Source: Planctomycetota bacterium
GTDB lineage: Bacteria > Planctomycetota > UBA1135 > UBA2386
Direction of reading: 5' to 3'
Assembly: GCA_965228735.1 (NCBI GenBank)
Contig: OZ245838.1
Coordinates: 3,264,001 to 3,328,000, forward strand
DNA: 64,000 nt
Under the pieces are notes generated by a model that ran no database searches, had not been told where the DNA came from, and saw only the letters and a list, made by a program, of their open reading frames with translations. This document shows positions 18,838 to 28,676 of this stretch, piece by piece. How positions within the stretch are numbered: position 1 is the first letter of the stretch; every line of letters starts with the position of its first letter. A program made the translations under genes and the position numbers.

Positions 18838-20223
18838 ATGAAGTCGTTTGCCCTGCCGCTCGCCGGCTTGCTGCTCCATGCCTGCGCAACGTCGCCGCTC
18901 GACGAGCTGGCCGCGGAGCTTCGGCAGTATGACGACCACCCGGTCCAGGTCGCGGTGATGGTCGTCGATCTCGACAGCGGCGAGACGCTGCTCGCCCGCG
19001 AAGCGCAACGGCTGTTCCGGCCCGCGTCGACGATGAAGCTGCTGACGACGTCGGCGATCTGTCAGCGCGATCCCGACGGCGAGTTCGTCACCGAGGTGCG
19101 GGTCGACGCGGTACCGACGGGCCGCGTGACGCTGGTCGGCGGTGGCGACCCGCTGCTGTCGACCGCGGAGCTGCACGCGCTCGCGAAGCAGCTGCACGAG
19201 CACGGCGTGCGCGAGATCACCGGCCCGATCCGCATCGTCGATCCACTCCTGCACGGCAACCGCTTCGGGATCGGCTGGATGTGGGACGACGAGCCGGCGA
19301 CGTTCCAGCCCGCGATTTCGGCGGCGATCGTCGACGGCGGCTGCGTCACCGTCGAAGCTGCGGGCAACGGTGAGTCGCTCGATGCCAGCCTGCTCGGCGT
19401 TCCCGGGGAGCTCGAGCTTCACGTCGAGGCGAGTGCGGCCCGGCTGGCCGTCACCCGGGGGCGCTACCGCGACCCGAACGTGATCACCGTCCGCGGCCGC
19501 ACGCGGGAAGGACGGCAGGAACGGCGGACCATCACCGTCCCGGACCCGGCGCGCTACACCGGGCACGTTCTCGCGGACGCGCTGCGGCACGCCGGCATCA
19601 CCATCGCGGACAGCGGAGTCGAGGTCGTCGCGACCAACCCGGACGCGAACGCCCCAGCGGCCAAAGCGAGACTGAATCGACCGATGGCCGACGTCGTGAT
19701 CCACACCAACAAGGTCAGCGACAACCTCGGAGCCGAGCTGCTGCTGCGGCGGCTGGCCACGCTGCGGGAGGCCAATCCGAGCCCGCTGGGCCCTCTTGCC
19801 GAGTCCAGCGGCCTGACGACACTCGAAGGCGATGTCGACCGAAACCTTGACGAACCCGTCGACTACCGCCTCGCGGATGGCTCCGGGGTATCGCACTACA
19901 ACCTCGTGAGCGCCGGCCTGCTCTGGAGTCGCCTCGGCCTCATGCACCGGTCTGACGCCGACGCGGCGAGCCTGTTTCGCCGAAGCCTTCCGATCGCCGG
20001 CGTCGACGGCACGCTGAGGAACCGCATGAAAGGCACGGCCGCCGAGGGCCGGGTCTTCGCCAAGACCGGCACCGTATCCGGAGTCAGCAATCTCGCGGGC
20101 TACGTCGAGACCGAGTCGGGGCGCAACCTCGCGTTCGTGATCCTGTGTCAGAACTTCGTCGGTTCGTCGCGACCGTGGCGCGAACTGCAGGATCGGATCT
20201 GCGCGACGCTCGCGGCGATGTAG
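18838..20223 (+). CDS. dacB: D-Ala-D-Ala carboxypeptidase/endopeptidase (PBP4, peptidase S13), lipoprotein
   Basis: PASTMK (SxxK), GGDP, SDN, DGSG, GVDGTL, AKTGT; LHA-C lipobox. Confidence 0.93.
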   Translation: MKSFALPLAGLLLHACATSPLDELAAELRQYDDHPVQVAVMVVDLDSGETLLAREAQRLFRPASTMKLLTTSAICQRDPDGEFVTEVRVDAVPTGRVTLVGGGDPLLSTAELHALAKQLHEHGVREITGPIRIVDPLLHGNRFGIGWMWDDEPATFQPAISAAIVDGGCVTVEAAGNGESLDASLLGVPGELELHVEASAARLAVTRGRYRDPNVITVRGRTREGRQERRTITVPDPARYTGHVLADALRHAGITIADSGVEVVATNPDANAPAAKARLNRPMADVVIHTNKVSDNLGAELLLRRLATLREANPSPLGPLAESSGLTTLEGDVDRNLDEPVDYRLADGSGVSHYNLVSAGLLWSRLGLMHRSDADAASLFRRSLPIAGVDGTLRNRMKGTAAEGRVFAKTGTVSGVSNLAGYVETESGRNLAFVILCQNFVGSSRPWRELQDRICATLAAM

Positions 20224-20281
20224 CGCCCGAATCCTCTCCAACGGGGTTGCAAAGCGCCGACCGGAAGCGTCCCGTCGCGCC

Positions 20282-20617
20282 ATGCCGGCCACCCCACGCT
20301 TCGCCCACAACGTCTACTTCGAACTGCGGGACAGCTCGCCGGCGGCGCAGGACCGCCTGATCGCGGCGTGCTACGACAAGCTCGGCGGCATCGAGTGCGT
20401 CGATTTCCTCGCGGCCGGGCCGCGCGACCGCGAACTGCAACGCGACGTGAACGATCAGGGCTTCGACGTGGCGCTGCACGTGTTCTTCGCCGACCGCGCC
20501 GCGCACGACGCGTATCAGAACGCGCCGGCGCACCTCGAGTTCATCCACGACAACCAGGACAACTGGCGATCGGTGCGCGTCTTCGACTCGACGCTCGTGA
20601 CCAACGAACCGCGCTGA
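20282..20617 (+). CDS. Dabb family stress-responsive alpha/beta barrel protein
   Basis: HNVYFEL...FDVALHVFF...HDAYQNAPAH...VRVFD. Confidence 0.88.
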   Translation: MPATPRFAHNVYFELRDSSPAAQDRLIAACYDKLGGIECVDFLAAGPRDRELQRDVNDQGFDVALHVFFADRAAHDAYQNAPAHLEFIHDNQDNWRSVRVFDSTLVTNEPR

Positions 20618-20625
20618 CGAAGACC

Positions 20626-22479
20626 TCAGCCGCCGGTCCGGAACGACTCGAGGCGCTGCTCCATCCGGGCCCGATCGAACTTCGCGGGCGGCGGGAAGTC
20701 CTGATCCCGCAGCAGCGCGTCGAGGCCCGGCGTCACGGACTGCACGCCGCCCGCCGGCACGTCGAGGTGCGCGCACCAGACGATCGCGTTGAGCACGAGC
20801 CGACGGCAGTCGTCGTGCCCCCAGTTCCAGTGCACGTGGCCGCCGGTGAAACCGAACCCGCGGCCGCCGTCGGGCCGCTGCACCGCCCACGCGACGTGCT
20901 GCGGCTTCTGGGCCGCGACCGCCCGGCGCACGTGCGGGTTGCCGCTGTGACGACCGTCCTTGCGCGCCATCGTCGAGGCGGGCGCGATCGCCGAGAGGAT
21001 CGGCGTCACGGCCTCGAGCCGCGGCCGGAAGCGCATGTGGAAGTACCACTCGTCGTTCAGCTCGAATGGCCCGACGCCGCGCGTGATCGGATGTTCCGGC
21101 AGCTCGGTGAACGCCGCGGTCCAGTGCGGATTGACCGACCAATCGGTCTCGAAGTAGCCGCCGAGCCAGTTCACGAAACGGTCACCGGGCACGCCCTTCG
21201 GCACCTCGACCGCGTAGTGCAGGCAGACGAACCCGACCCCGCGCGCGAGCAGTTCATCCACGGCGCCGAGATGCCGAACGAGCGGATGCCCGCGCCCACC
21301 ATCGGAGTACACGACGAGCACGTCGGCATCGGCGAGCTCTTTCGGATCCTCCGGCCAGCCGCGGATCACCTCGACGTCGATGTCGAGACCGCAACGCTCG
21401 AGCGCCCGCGCGAGCAGCAGACAGCCGGCGTGGTGTTCGTGCGCGCCGAAGCCGTGACTGCGGCGGCCCGCGAGCATCACGACCTTGCGCGTGCGCCACG
21501 GGTCGTCCTCGACAACCCAGATGTTGCGGTAGACCACGGGGTTGCCGTGGTCCTGCAGCACGAGCCCGCCGGGCTCCGACCCCTCACGGCGCTTGCTCGC
21601 CGTCGTCCGCCGCGGCACCACAACGTCGTCCTGCACGAGGATGCCGTTGAGGTGCACGGTCATGCGCGCCGGCGCGATCTTCTCGTCGCCGCGATAGCGC
21701 GCCGCCGTGAAGCGGATGTCGTAGGTCTGCCACGTCGCCGGCGGCAGGCACGCGTTCACGATCGGATCACTGATGGAGTAGATGCCGCCGCACTCGTTGT
21801 TCTTGCCGACGAGCCCGAACGAGTCGAGCACCTGGCACTCGTAGCGCCCCTGCACGTAGACGCCGCTGTTGCCGCGCTTCTGCCCCCGGTGGTGCGGCTC
21901 GAACGGCGTCCTGAACTCGAGGTGGATGCGCTGGTCGCCGAACGCGCGCCTGCTGTCGCAACCGACGGCGAGGTGCCCGTCCTCGGTCAGGCGGCCGTTC
22001 TCGAACGCGTCGGCCGAGCTGCCGTCGAACAGCACGATCGCGCCCGGCGGCGGCGTGGCGCCGAGCGTCGGGCTCGCCCGCGTGACGCGCTGCAACTCAC
22101 CGAGCTCGTCGCCCGCCGTCGAACGGAACCGGATCGCGCCGTCGCCGAGCGTCGCCCGCCAACCGGACTCGAACGTCGCCACACCAGCCGTGAACGCCGC
22201 TTCGACCTCGACCCGGGGATCGCCGCGCCGCCAGCCGTCACCGGGCAGGCCGCCGTCCAGCAGCACGAGTCGCAGCCGGGAACCGTCGTCCCCGGAGAAC
22301 GCGACGACCTGGGCGCCGAACGGCCGCTCGACCGGCGTCGCCCCCGCCGCCGGAATCGTCAACACCCCGCGATACTCGCCCTGCGCGGCGAGCAGGTCAG
22401 CACGCATCGGCGTTGCCTGACCCGCGGCGGGGTCAGCGAAGGGCAGGGCGGCGAGGAGTCCGGCGAGCATTCGGATCAT
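20626..22479 (-). CDS. Secreted DUF1080 (3-keto-disaccharide hydrolase-like) plus ThuA-like domain protein
   Basis: LFDG, HLEF, GNSGVY, YECQVLD, LQDHG, YRNIW; then SHGFGAHEH, LHYAV, DEWY, FTGGH. Confidence 0.88.
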   Translation of the reverse strand: MIRMLAGLLAALPFADPAAGQATPMRADLLAAQGEYRGVLTIPAAGATPVERPFGAQVVAFSGDDGSRLRLVLLDGGLPGDGWRRGDPRVEVEAAFTAGVATFESGWRATLGDGAIRFRSTAGDELGELQRVTRASPTLGATPPPGAIVLFDGSSADAFENGRLTEDGHLAVGCDSRRAFGDQRIHLEFRTPFEPHHRGQKRGNSGVYVQGRYECQVLDSFGLVGKNNECGGIYSISDPIVNACLPPATWQTYDIRFTAARYRGDEKIAPARMTVHLNGILVQDDVVVPRRTTASKRREGSEPGGLVLQDHGNPVVYRNIWVVEDDPWRTRKVVMLAGRRSHGFGAHEHHAGCLLLARALERCGLDIDVEVIRGWPEDPKELADADVLVVYSDGGRGHPLVRHLGAVDELLARGVGFVCLHYAVEVPKGVPGDRFVNWLGGYFETDWSVNPHWTAAFTELPEHPITRGVGPFELNDEWYFHMRFRPRLEAVTPILSAIAPASTMARKDGRHSGNPHVRRAVAAQKPQHVAWAVQRPDGGRGFGFTGGHVHWNWGHDDCRRLVLNAIVWCAHLDVPAGGVQSVTPGLDALLRDQDFPPPAKFDRARMEQRLESFRTGG

Positions 22480-22538
22480 CGCTGCCGATTAGAGAGCGTG
22501 GCCGCCCGCGAGGACAACGTGAGCTGTCCGAACGCCCG

Positions 22539-23783
22539 TCAAAAACGGGCGACGAACTGCACGCCGCCACCGCCGAAGGCCGCCTCGTCGAGCTGGGTCG
22601 TGACCTGCACGGTCATGCGCGCGTGTTCGCTGAAGTCCCAGAGCGTGTTGAACGCGAGCTTGCCCTCGAAGCGGTCGGCGAACTCGTCATTCATCGCGTC
22701 GCGCGCGATCCGTCGCACGTTGCCGGCGAGCACCTGGGGTTCGAACGACAGCCGGCCGGAGAACGGCAGGTGGATGCGCGCGATGCCGAACCACTCCTCC
22801 CGCCGACCGCGCAGTCGGTTGTCGAGATTCTGCGTGATGCCGTCCTCCTCGAGCACGAGGTGCGAGACGCCGAGCGACCACGGCGTCTCCGGGTCGTCGT
22901 GCCAGTACTCGACGCGGAACTCACGGAAGTCGCGCCGGAAGTCCTCGGGCTCGACCGTGCCGCCGGTGAGCGGTGCCCGCGACTTGTCCGTCCATTCGAC
23001 CTCGGCCGCCCCCACGAGCCAGCTGCGCTCGCCGAGTCGCACGTGCGATTCGACGCTGCCGATCCAGCGCTGCAGCTCGTAGGCCGCAGCACCCGGCACG
23101 TCGTGAACCTCGAACGGCAACTGGCCAGAGACCTCGAACGCGACCCGATGACTCTCCGGATCGCCGAACGCCCCGGCCACCATGAGTGCGTACGCATCGG
23201 TCTGGTATTCGAGGTCCGCGTTCTTCGCCGACGGCGCGTCGACGGCGGTCAGCATGACGCGCAGCGCTTCATGCTCGTTCCGCAGCAACCAGGCCCCGAC
23301 CGAGGCGTCGACGACCGCCTTCTCCGCGAACAGCTCCGCCTGCGCGAAGACGGCGGTGCCCGGCCCGAGCTCGTACTCGAGTTCGAGCGCGGTCCGCAGG
23401 AAGCGCGTGTCCCGCGTCTCCGATTGCAGCATGTGGAAGCCCGCGGACCAGCCGCTGCCGAGCCTCTTCGTGACATCGAGCTGCCCTTCCAGCGTGAGCT
23501 CCGCGGTGCGCACCGAACCGCCGCGATACGACAGCTGATCGTGGAAGCGCGGCAGCCCGCGATTCCACCACGGCGGCAGCACGACGTAGGACGCGCGGTC
23601 CATGAAGTACTCGACCCCGCGACGGAAGTCGGAGCGGATCCCTTCGCGCTCGACGCCGAGCCAGGTCGCCCGGTTGAGGAACTGCGCGGGCAGCAGGCCA
23701 GCGCTCATCGCGCCGAAGGCCAGGATACCGAGCGCGGCGCGGACGCGGGTCGCGGTCGAACATGGCGAGGGTGTCGGTGGCAC
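22539..23783 (-). CDS. Probable outer-membrane beta-barrel protein
   Basis: Signal peptide ending LPA-Q (start uncertain, GTG at 23783); alternating amphipathic strands; C-terminal GVQFVARF. Confidence 0.65.
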   Translation of the reverse strand: MPPTPSPCSTATRVRAALGILAFGAMSAGLLPAQFLNRATWLGVEREGIRSDFRRGVEYFMDRASYVVLPPWWNRGLPRFHDQLSYRGGSVRTAELTLEGQLDVTKRLGSGWSAGFHMLQSETRDTRFLRTALELEYELGPGTAVFAQAELFAEKAVVDASVGAWLLRNEHEALRVMLTAVDAPSAKNADLEYQTDAYALMVAGAFGDPESHRVAFEVSGQLPFEVHDVPGAAAYELQRWIGSVESHVRLGERSWLVGAAEVEWTDKSRAPLTGGTVEPEDFRRDFREFRVEYWHDDPETPWSLGVSHLVLEEDGITQNLDNRLRGRREEWFGIARIHLPFSGRLSFEPQVLAGNVRRIARDAMNDEFADRFEGKLAFNTLWDFSEHARMTVQVTTQLDEAAFGGGGVQFVARF

Positions 23784-23927
23784 GCTGCGCCGAGCATAGC
23801 GAGTCCGCTTTCGGTGCGCTGGGGCGACGTCGAGCAGCGGTTCTGCCGTTGCCCTGCCTCGCGGCGCGGCTAGGTGACTGCAGACACACGCCCGACGGCG
23901 GTTGCCGTCATGACCAAGACCTGACCG

Positions 23928-24896
23928 ATGCCGATTCGTTCCCGCACTCTCCCCCTGTTCGCGCTGGTCCTCGGGCCGGTCGTCGACCTCGCGTCCCCGC
24001 TGCAGGCCCAGACGTTTCAGATGAGCGCGGTCAACCCGGTGACGGTCCAGGCGCAGGACGCCACGCAGGTGCATACCGCCTGGCAGCCGGCTGGTCCGAT
24101 CCCGCCGTGGACGCAGCTCGCGGCCACGATCCAGGTTCCGAACTCATCGAGCCTCGCGGCCCGCGCCTATCTGGCGATGAACGCATCCCACCAGCCGCAC
24201 GTCGCACGCGGCGACCTCCAGCTCTACCTCACTGCCACCGCCGGGGCACTGGCAGAGCTCCAACCCAGCGAGTTCCTGGTCGACTTCACGAACCCGACGG
24301 CGAGCCCGGTGATGTTCACGTTCTCTCGGACGATCACCGGCACCGCCGGCACGCCGTTGCCGCTGCTCGAGGTCGACCTCATGGACGACGGCAGCGTCGA
24401 CTACACGCTCGCGGGCCCACAGCCGGAATGGCAGCGGATCGTGGCCGCCAGCGCGAACGTCCCGACTCGGATTCGACTGAGCGGCGTCCTGGCCAGTCCA
24501 GGCAGCATCGGTCTCGAGTTCCGGATCAGGGTCACGCCGGCCTACACCACGGTGACGAACACGGTCAGCGGCTGCTTCGGCGTGAACCTCGACATGCAGC
24601 CCCGGCTCGACGGCGACCTCGGCTACACCGTCGGGCTCGGCGGACTGACGGGCCCCACCGCCGTGGTGTTCGGGCTCACTCCGCAACCGCAGCTTCTCGG
24701 CACGATGTCGCAATCGAACGCCCCGTGCATGCTGTGGCCGCGGCCCGATGCCGTGATGCTGTGGCCGCAGGGGTTCGGCTCCGCAACGCTCCCGATTCCG
24801 CCAGCCGTCCGACCGATCAAGGTCCACGCGCAGAGCGTCGTGGCGTTCACCCCCTTGCTCGTGACGAGTCACGGGTATCTCGTCGATATGCGATGA
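23928..24896 (+). CDS. Secreted hypothetical protein, tandem paralogue A
   Basis: Signal peptide ending LQA-Q; collinear similarity to 24986-25930. Confidence 0.82.
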   Translation: MPIRSRTLPLFALVLGPVVDLASPLQAQTFQMSAVNPVTVQAQDATQVHTAWQPAGPIPPWTQLAATIQVPNSSSLAARAYLAMNASHQPHVARGDLQLYLTATAGALAELQPSEFLVDFTNPTASPVMFTFSRTITGTAGTPLPLLEVDLMDDGSVDYTLAGPQPEWQRIVAASANVPTRIRLSGVLASPGSIGLEFRIRVTPAYTTVTNTVSGCFGVNLDMQPRLDGDLGYTVGLGGLTGPTAVVFGLTPQPQLLGTMSQSNAPCMLWPRPDAVMLWPQGFGSATLPIPPAVRPIKVHAQSVVAFTPLLVTSHGYLVDMR

Positions 24897-24985
24897 GGCT
24901 GACGCGTAACCAACCGCTGTCAGAGCGGTAGTTCTCGGCAGACCCCTGACGGCCCGACACCGTCGTAACCCAAAGCCCTCTCCAG

Positions 24986-25930
24986 ATGCTGCGACCGACC
25001 CTGTCCCGCACGCTGATCACTACCGTGATCGGCGCCTTCTCCTGTTCCTCGGCCGAGCTCACCGCGCAGTCGGCCCAGCTGACCGCGGTCACGCCGGTGA
25101 CCGTGACCGCCCAGTCCGGCGCGCAGACGATCAGCAACACGCTGCCGGCCGGTCCGCTGCCGGCCTCGAGCAACGTCCAGGCGGTCGTGGCGAACGTCGC
25201 GCGCGTCCTCGCCAGAACCGAAGCGATCGCATCGACGCACACGATCGGCGCCATTCTCGACCTCGACCTCATCGTGCCGCCCGCCGGCATGGCCGAGCTC
25301 GCACCTTGCGAACTCACGCTCGACCTGGCGAACCCGACGACGGACTTCCTGCACTACACGATCACGCGTGAACTGACGGGTTCGCCCGGCATGCCGATGC
25401 CGACGCTTTCGATCGACGTGCAGGACGACGGCACCCCCGACTTCAACCTCGTCCACTCACAGTCGACGGGGACGTTCCTGCTCTCCGGCAACACGAGCAT
25501 CCGGTCCCGCATTCAGTTGGCCGGCAGCTCGGTCGTGGCCGGAACCCAGTCCCTGCGCGTGACGATCCAGGTCACCCCGGCGACCGCGACGGTCACGAGC
25601 GCTGGCGGTCAGTGCACGTTGTTCGACTTCGGCACGACGCCGCGGTTCGACGGCGGGGTCGATGTCCAGGCGTACTCGGGTTCGGCGAGCATCCCCGCGG
25701 CCATCGTGCTCGGCCTCGGCATCCAGCCGCAGATCCTCGGCACGTTGGCCGGCGGCCCGTGCCTGCTGCTGCCGCGGCCGGACGCTCTCGTGCTGCTGCC
25801 GCAGGGCTTCGGGACGACGACGATTCCGGTTCCACAGGCGGTGCGACCGCTGCGGCTCTACACGCAAGCCGTGATGCCGGCCGGCCCCGTCATCGCGACC
25901 AGCCAGGCGTATTCGGTCTACTTCCTGTAG
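24986..25930 (+). CDS. Secreted hypothetical protein, tandem paralogue B
   Basis: Shares AVxPVTVxAQ, NPT, DDGxxD, PRxDG, QPQxLGT, PCxLxPRPDA and PQGFG with paralogue A. Confidence 0.82.
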   Translation: MLRPTLSRTLITTVIGAFSCSSAELTAQSAQLTAVTPVTVTAQSGAQTISNTLPAGPLPASSNVQAVVANVARVLARTEAIASTHTIGAILDLDLIVPPAGMAELAPCELTLDLANPTTDFLHYTITRELTGSPGMPMPTLSIDVQDDGTPDFNLVHSQSTGTFLLSGNTSIRSRIQLAGSSVVAGTQSLRVTIQVTPATATVTSAGGQCTLFDFGTTPRFDGGVDVQAYSGSASIPAAIVLGLGIQPQILGTLAGGPCLLLPRPDALVLLPQGFGTTTIPVPQAVRPLRLYTQAVMPAGPVIATSQAYSVYFL

Positions 25931-25947
25931 ACCCGCTGCCCGCAGCG

Positions 25948-27171
25948 CTACTGCACGATCCCGCCCGCGAGCGGTGACGCGTAGACCGTGGCGCCGTCGA
26001 GCTGCGCGGCCTGCAGCCAGACCTCGACGTAGAGCAACGTCGGCGATGCGGGCAGCGTCACGCCATGAACGAACGGCGTGCCCGCAGCCGGCGCCCCCGT
26101 CGCGAGCACGAACGTCGGCCCCGCGAGTCCGAACACGGGGCCGACGACGCCGGGCAACGTCGCTACCGTCCGGTCGAACGTCGCCGCGAGCGCGAGCAGC
26201 TGACCCGATGTTCCAGGAGTCGCGGTCGCGGTCGTCGTCTGGCCGAGCTGCCAACGCGAGTCGAGCGCGAGGCCGACGAGCTCCGGCGTCGGCTGCATGT
26301 TGCCGACGAACAGCGGACCGTTCGGGATGCCGACACCGCCGGTGAGCGTCGTGCGCGCGAGCCGCGCGTTCACCGTGCCGGCGAGCGCCGCTGCGCCTGG
26401 CAGCTGGCAGGCGCTCGTGGGCGGCTGACCTGCCCCGCCCGTGACATCCGAGTCCGTGAGATGCAGCACGCCGCTGCCCGCGACCTCGACCCCGGGCGAC
26501 GGCGGCAGCATCGGCGACGGCGTGCCCATCGGACACGCCGCGTCGCCACCGATCGCGACGAGATCCGTCGCCACGACGATCCCGTCTTCGACCGTCAACG
26601 CGGTGGACGATGCGACGAGGCCCGAAGCCGCGCTCGTTGCGATGGCGCCCGCAAGGAAACAGCGCGTGAGTGACACGGTGCCACCTTGCACGGCGAGCCC
26701 GCCGCCGCCCGGCTGACCGAACACGACGCACTCGTGCGCGATCACCGTGCCGCCCGTGATCGTCACCGTGCGCGTCGGCGTCGACGTCTGGCCGGCGAGC
26801 GACCGAAACCGGCAGCCCTCGAGCGCGACGTCGCCGTCGATCGCGATGAACTGGCCGGCCGGGCCGCCGAAGAAGAGGTCGACGAGCCGCGCGCGCTGGC
26901 CGGGCGGGATCGCGATGCGCGAGTGTGACGCCGCCGTGGTCTGGCGCAGCACGGGCGCGGGACCGACCATCGTCAGCCCCTTCGTGAGCACGAACGGCGG
27001 AAAGTTGCCCGTGCCCTGGACGAACTGCAGCACGTCGCCGGGCGTGGCCTGCGCGATCACGGCGAGCAGATTGTCGCTGCCGGTGTCGCCCTCGACCTGC
27101 CAGGTCGTCTGGGCAGCTCCTACGGTGGCGAGAAACGTGATCGGCAGCAGCGCGGCGAGAACGGGTCGCAT
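25948..27171 (-). CDS. Secreted Gly-rich protein, possible beta-helix
   Basis: Signal peptide ending GAA-Q; AVIAQATPGDVLQ is typical of beta-helix N-caps. Confidence 0.75.
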   Translation of the reverse strand: MRPVLAALLPITFLATVGAAQTTWQVEGDTGSDNLLAVIAQATPGDVLQFVQGTGNFPPFVLTKGLTMVGPAPVLRQTTAASHSRIAIPPGQRARLVDLFFGGPAGQFIAIDGDVALEGCRFRSLAGQTSTPTRTVTITGGTVIAHECVVFGQPGGGGLAVQGGTVSLTRCFLAGAIATSAASGLVASSTALTVEDGIVVATDLVAIGGDAACPMGTPSPMLPPSPGVEVAGSGVLHLTDSDVTGGAGQPPTSACQLPGAAALAGTVNARLARTTLTGGVGIPNGPLFVGNMQPTPELVGLALDSRWQLGQTTTATATPGTSGQLLALAATFDRTVATLPGVVGPVFGLAGPTFVLATGAPAAGTPFVHGVTLPASPTLLYVEVWLQAAQLDGATVYASPLAGGIVQ

Positions 27172-27210
27172 CGCCGCGAGCATAGCGCGTTCCGCGCTAC
27201 GCTGTTCGCG

Positions 27211-27411
27211 ATGCCCGGCCGCCTCCTCGCCCTCCTGTCGCTCATGCTCCTCGCGCTCACGGGCGACCGCATCGGCGCCCAGACCGAGCTGCGCGGTACC
27301 TGGGTCGCGCGCGACGGGCTCACGTCGCGAGCGAAGATCATCGCGACGCTCGACCAGCTCGCGGCGGCCAACATCAACCTCGTCTGCGCCGTCGGCACCG
27401 TGCTGCCGTAG
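27211..27411 (+). pseudogene. Truncated glycosyl hydrolase-like 10 (DUF187) N-terminal fragment
   Basis: Signal peptide then ELRGTWV...IIATLDQLAAANINLV, stop after 66 aa; next gene is convergent, so there is no room for the rest. Confidence 0.65.
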
Positions 27412-27418
27412 CTCTTGC

Positions 27419-28603
27419 TCACCGCGCGATCGTCACCCGCCGCCCGCTCGCCGCGCTCTCGTACGCGCTGTAGATCAACCGCACGACCTCGAGGCCGAGC
27501 TCGCCGTCGACCTCGTTCTTCGCGCCGCCGACGAGGCAGTCGGACACCGCCTGCACGAGGCCCTGCTGGCCCGACGTCCAGTCCTCATCGGGCATCGGCG
27601 TGGACCAGCCGGCCTGGCCCGCGAGCTTCTCCATCAGGTATTCGTCGCCGAACGCGTCGTCCTTCACCGCGTAGGCCTTGAGCGTGTCGACCGGCGTCAG
27701 CGAACACTCGAAGCGGTGGTCGCTCGCGAGCACGGTCAGATGACTCTGCATGCCGCCGAGCAGCGTGTCGCTGCCGTACGCGATGCCGCGCGAGCCGTCG
27801 TCGAAGTGCAGGATGCACGTGCCCCAGTTCTCGACGTCGTGCCAGTCGCGCGCGACGTGACATTCCGCCTCGCCGACCGCCTGCGAGATGTCGGCGACCT
27901 CGGCCGTGACCGCGACGACGCGGATCGGACTGCCGCGCCGGCGCCGCCCTTCGCGGTTCTTGAGCCACACCATCGCGCCGATCGGATGGGCGCCGAGCCG
28001 CAGCAACGCGCCGCCGCCGGCGTGGCGCCAGTCGCGCGCATACTCCGCGTGCGAACCCGAATGGCTCTCCCACCCGCGCATCTCGAGCGCGACACCGCCG
28101 CTGCTCGCGCCGAGTTCGGCCGCGCGCCGGATCGCCGGGGCGAACGGCCAGTTCTCGCCGTAGAACAGCTGCACGCCCGCCTGCTTGCACGCATCGACCA
28201 TCGCCTGCGCATCGGCGACGGCCGCGCGCAGCATCGTGCTCCGATCGGTGCCCGCAACATCGGCCGCGCTCGCGTCCGCCGGCAACCCCTGGCCCCAGAA
28301 CGCGGTCAGCGGCTTGGTGCAGAGCACGTGCTTGCCGGCGCCCGCGGCGCGCGCGGTCAGCGGTCCGTGCGCGTGGTTCGGCACGCAGAGATCGAGCAGG
28401 TCGACGGTGTCGTCGGCCAGGATCTCGTCCAACGATGCGCCGCGCCCGGCACCGTGTTCCCGGGCGAACGCGTCGGCCCGGGCCCGGTCACGGCTCGCGA
28501 TCAGGATCGAGACCGTCGCGCCGTGCACACGACGCCAGCACCGCAGCCGGGTGCGCGCGAGGAATCCCGTGCCGACGATGGCGACGGTGAGGGGGCGGTT
28601 CAT
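27419..28603 (-). CDS. Gfo/Idh/MocA family oxidoreductase
   Basis: AIVGTGF, CVPNHAH, GKHVLCTKP, GGGAL...GAH. Confidence 0.9.
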   Translation of the reverse strand: MNRPLTVAIVGTGFLARTRLRCWRRVHGATVSILIASRDRARADAFAREHGAGRGASLDEILADDTVDLLDLCVPNHAHGPLTARAAGAGKHVLCTKPLTAFWGQGLPADASAADVAGTDRSTMLRAAVADAQAMVDACKQAGVQLFYGENWPFAPAIRRAAELGASSGGVALEMRGWESHSGSHAEYARDWRHAGGGALLRLGAHPIGAMVWLKNREGRRRRGSPIRVVAVTAEVADISQAVGEAECHVARDWHDVENWGTCILHFDDGSRGIAYGSDTLLGGMQSHLTVLASDHRFECSLTPVDTLKAYAVKDDAFGDEYLMEKLAGQAGWSTPMPDEDWTSGQQGLVQAVSDCLVGGAKNEVDGELGLEVVRLIYSAYESAASGRRVTIAR

Positions 28604-28643
28604 GCGGAGATCTCAGGAGATCGGCCGGGCACAAGCAAGGACT

Positions 28644-28670
28644 CCGCAGCCGCTGCGATTGCGGCTGCGG
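28644..28670. terminator. Hairpin downstream of the DUF1570 gene
   Basis: ccgcagccgc-tgcgatt-gcggctgcgg perfect 10-bp stem; no clear U-tract. Confidence 0.35.
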
Positions 28671-28676
28671 CTGCGG

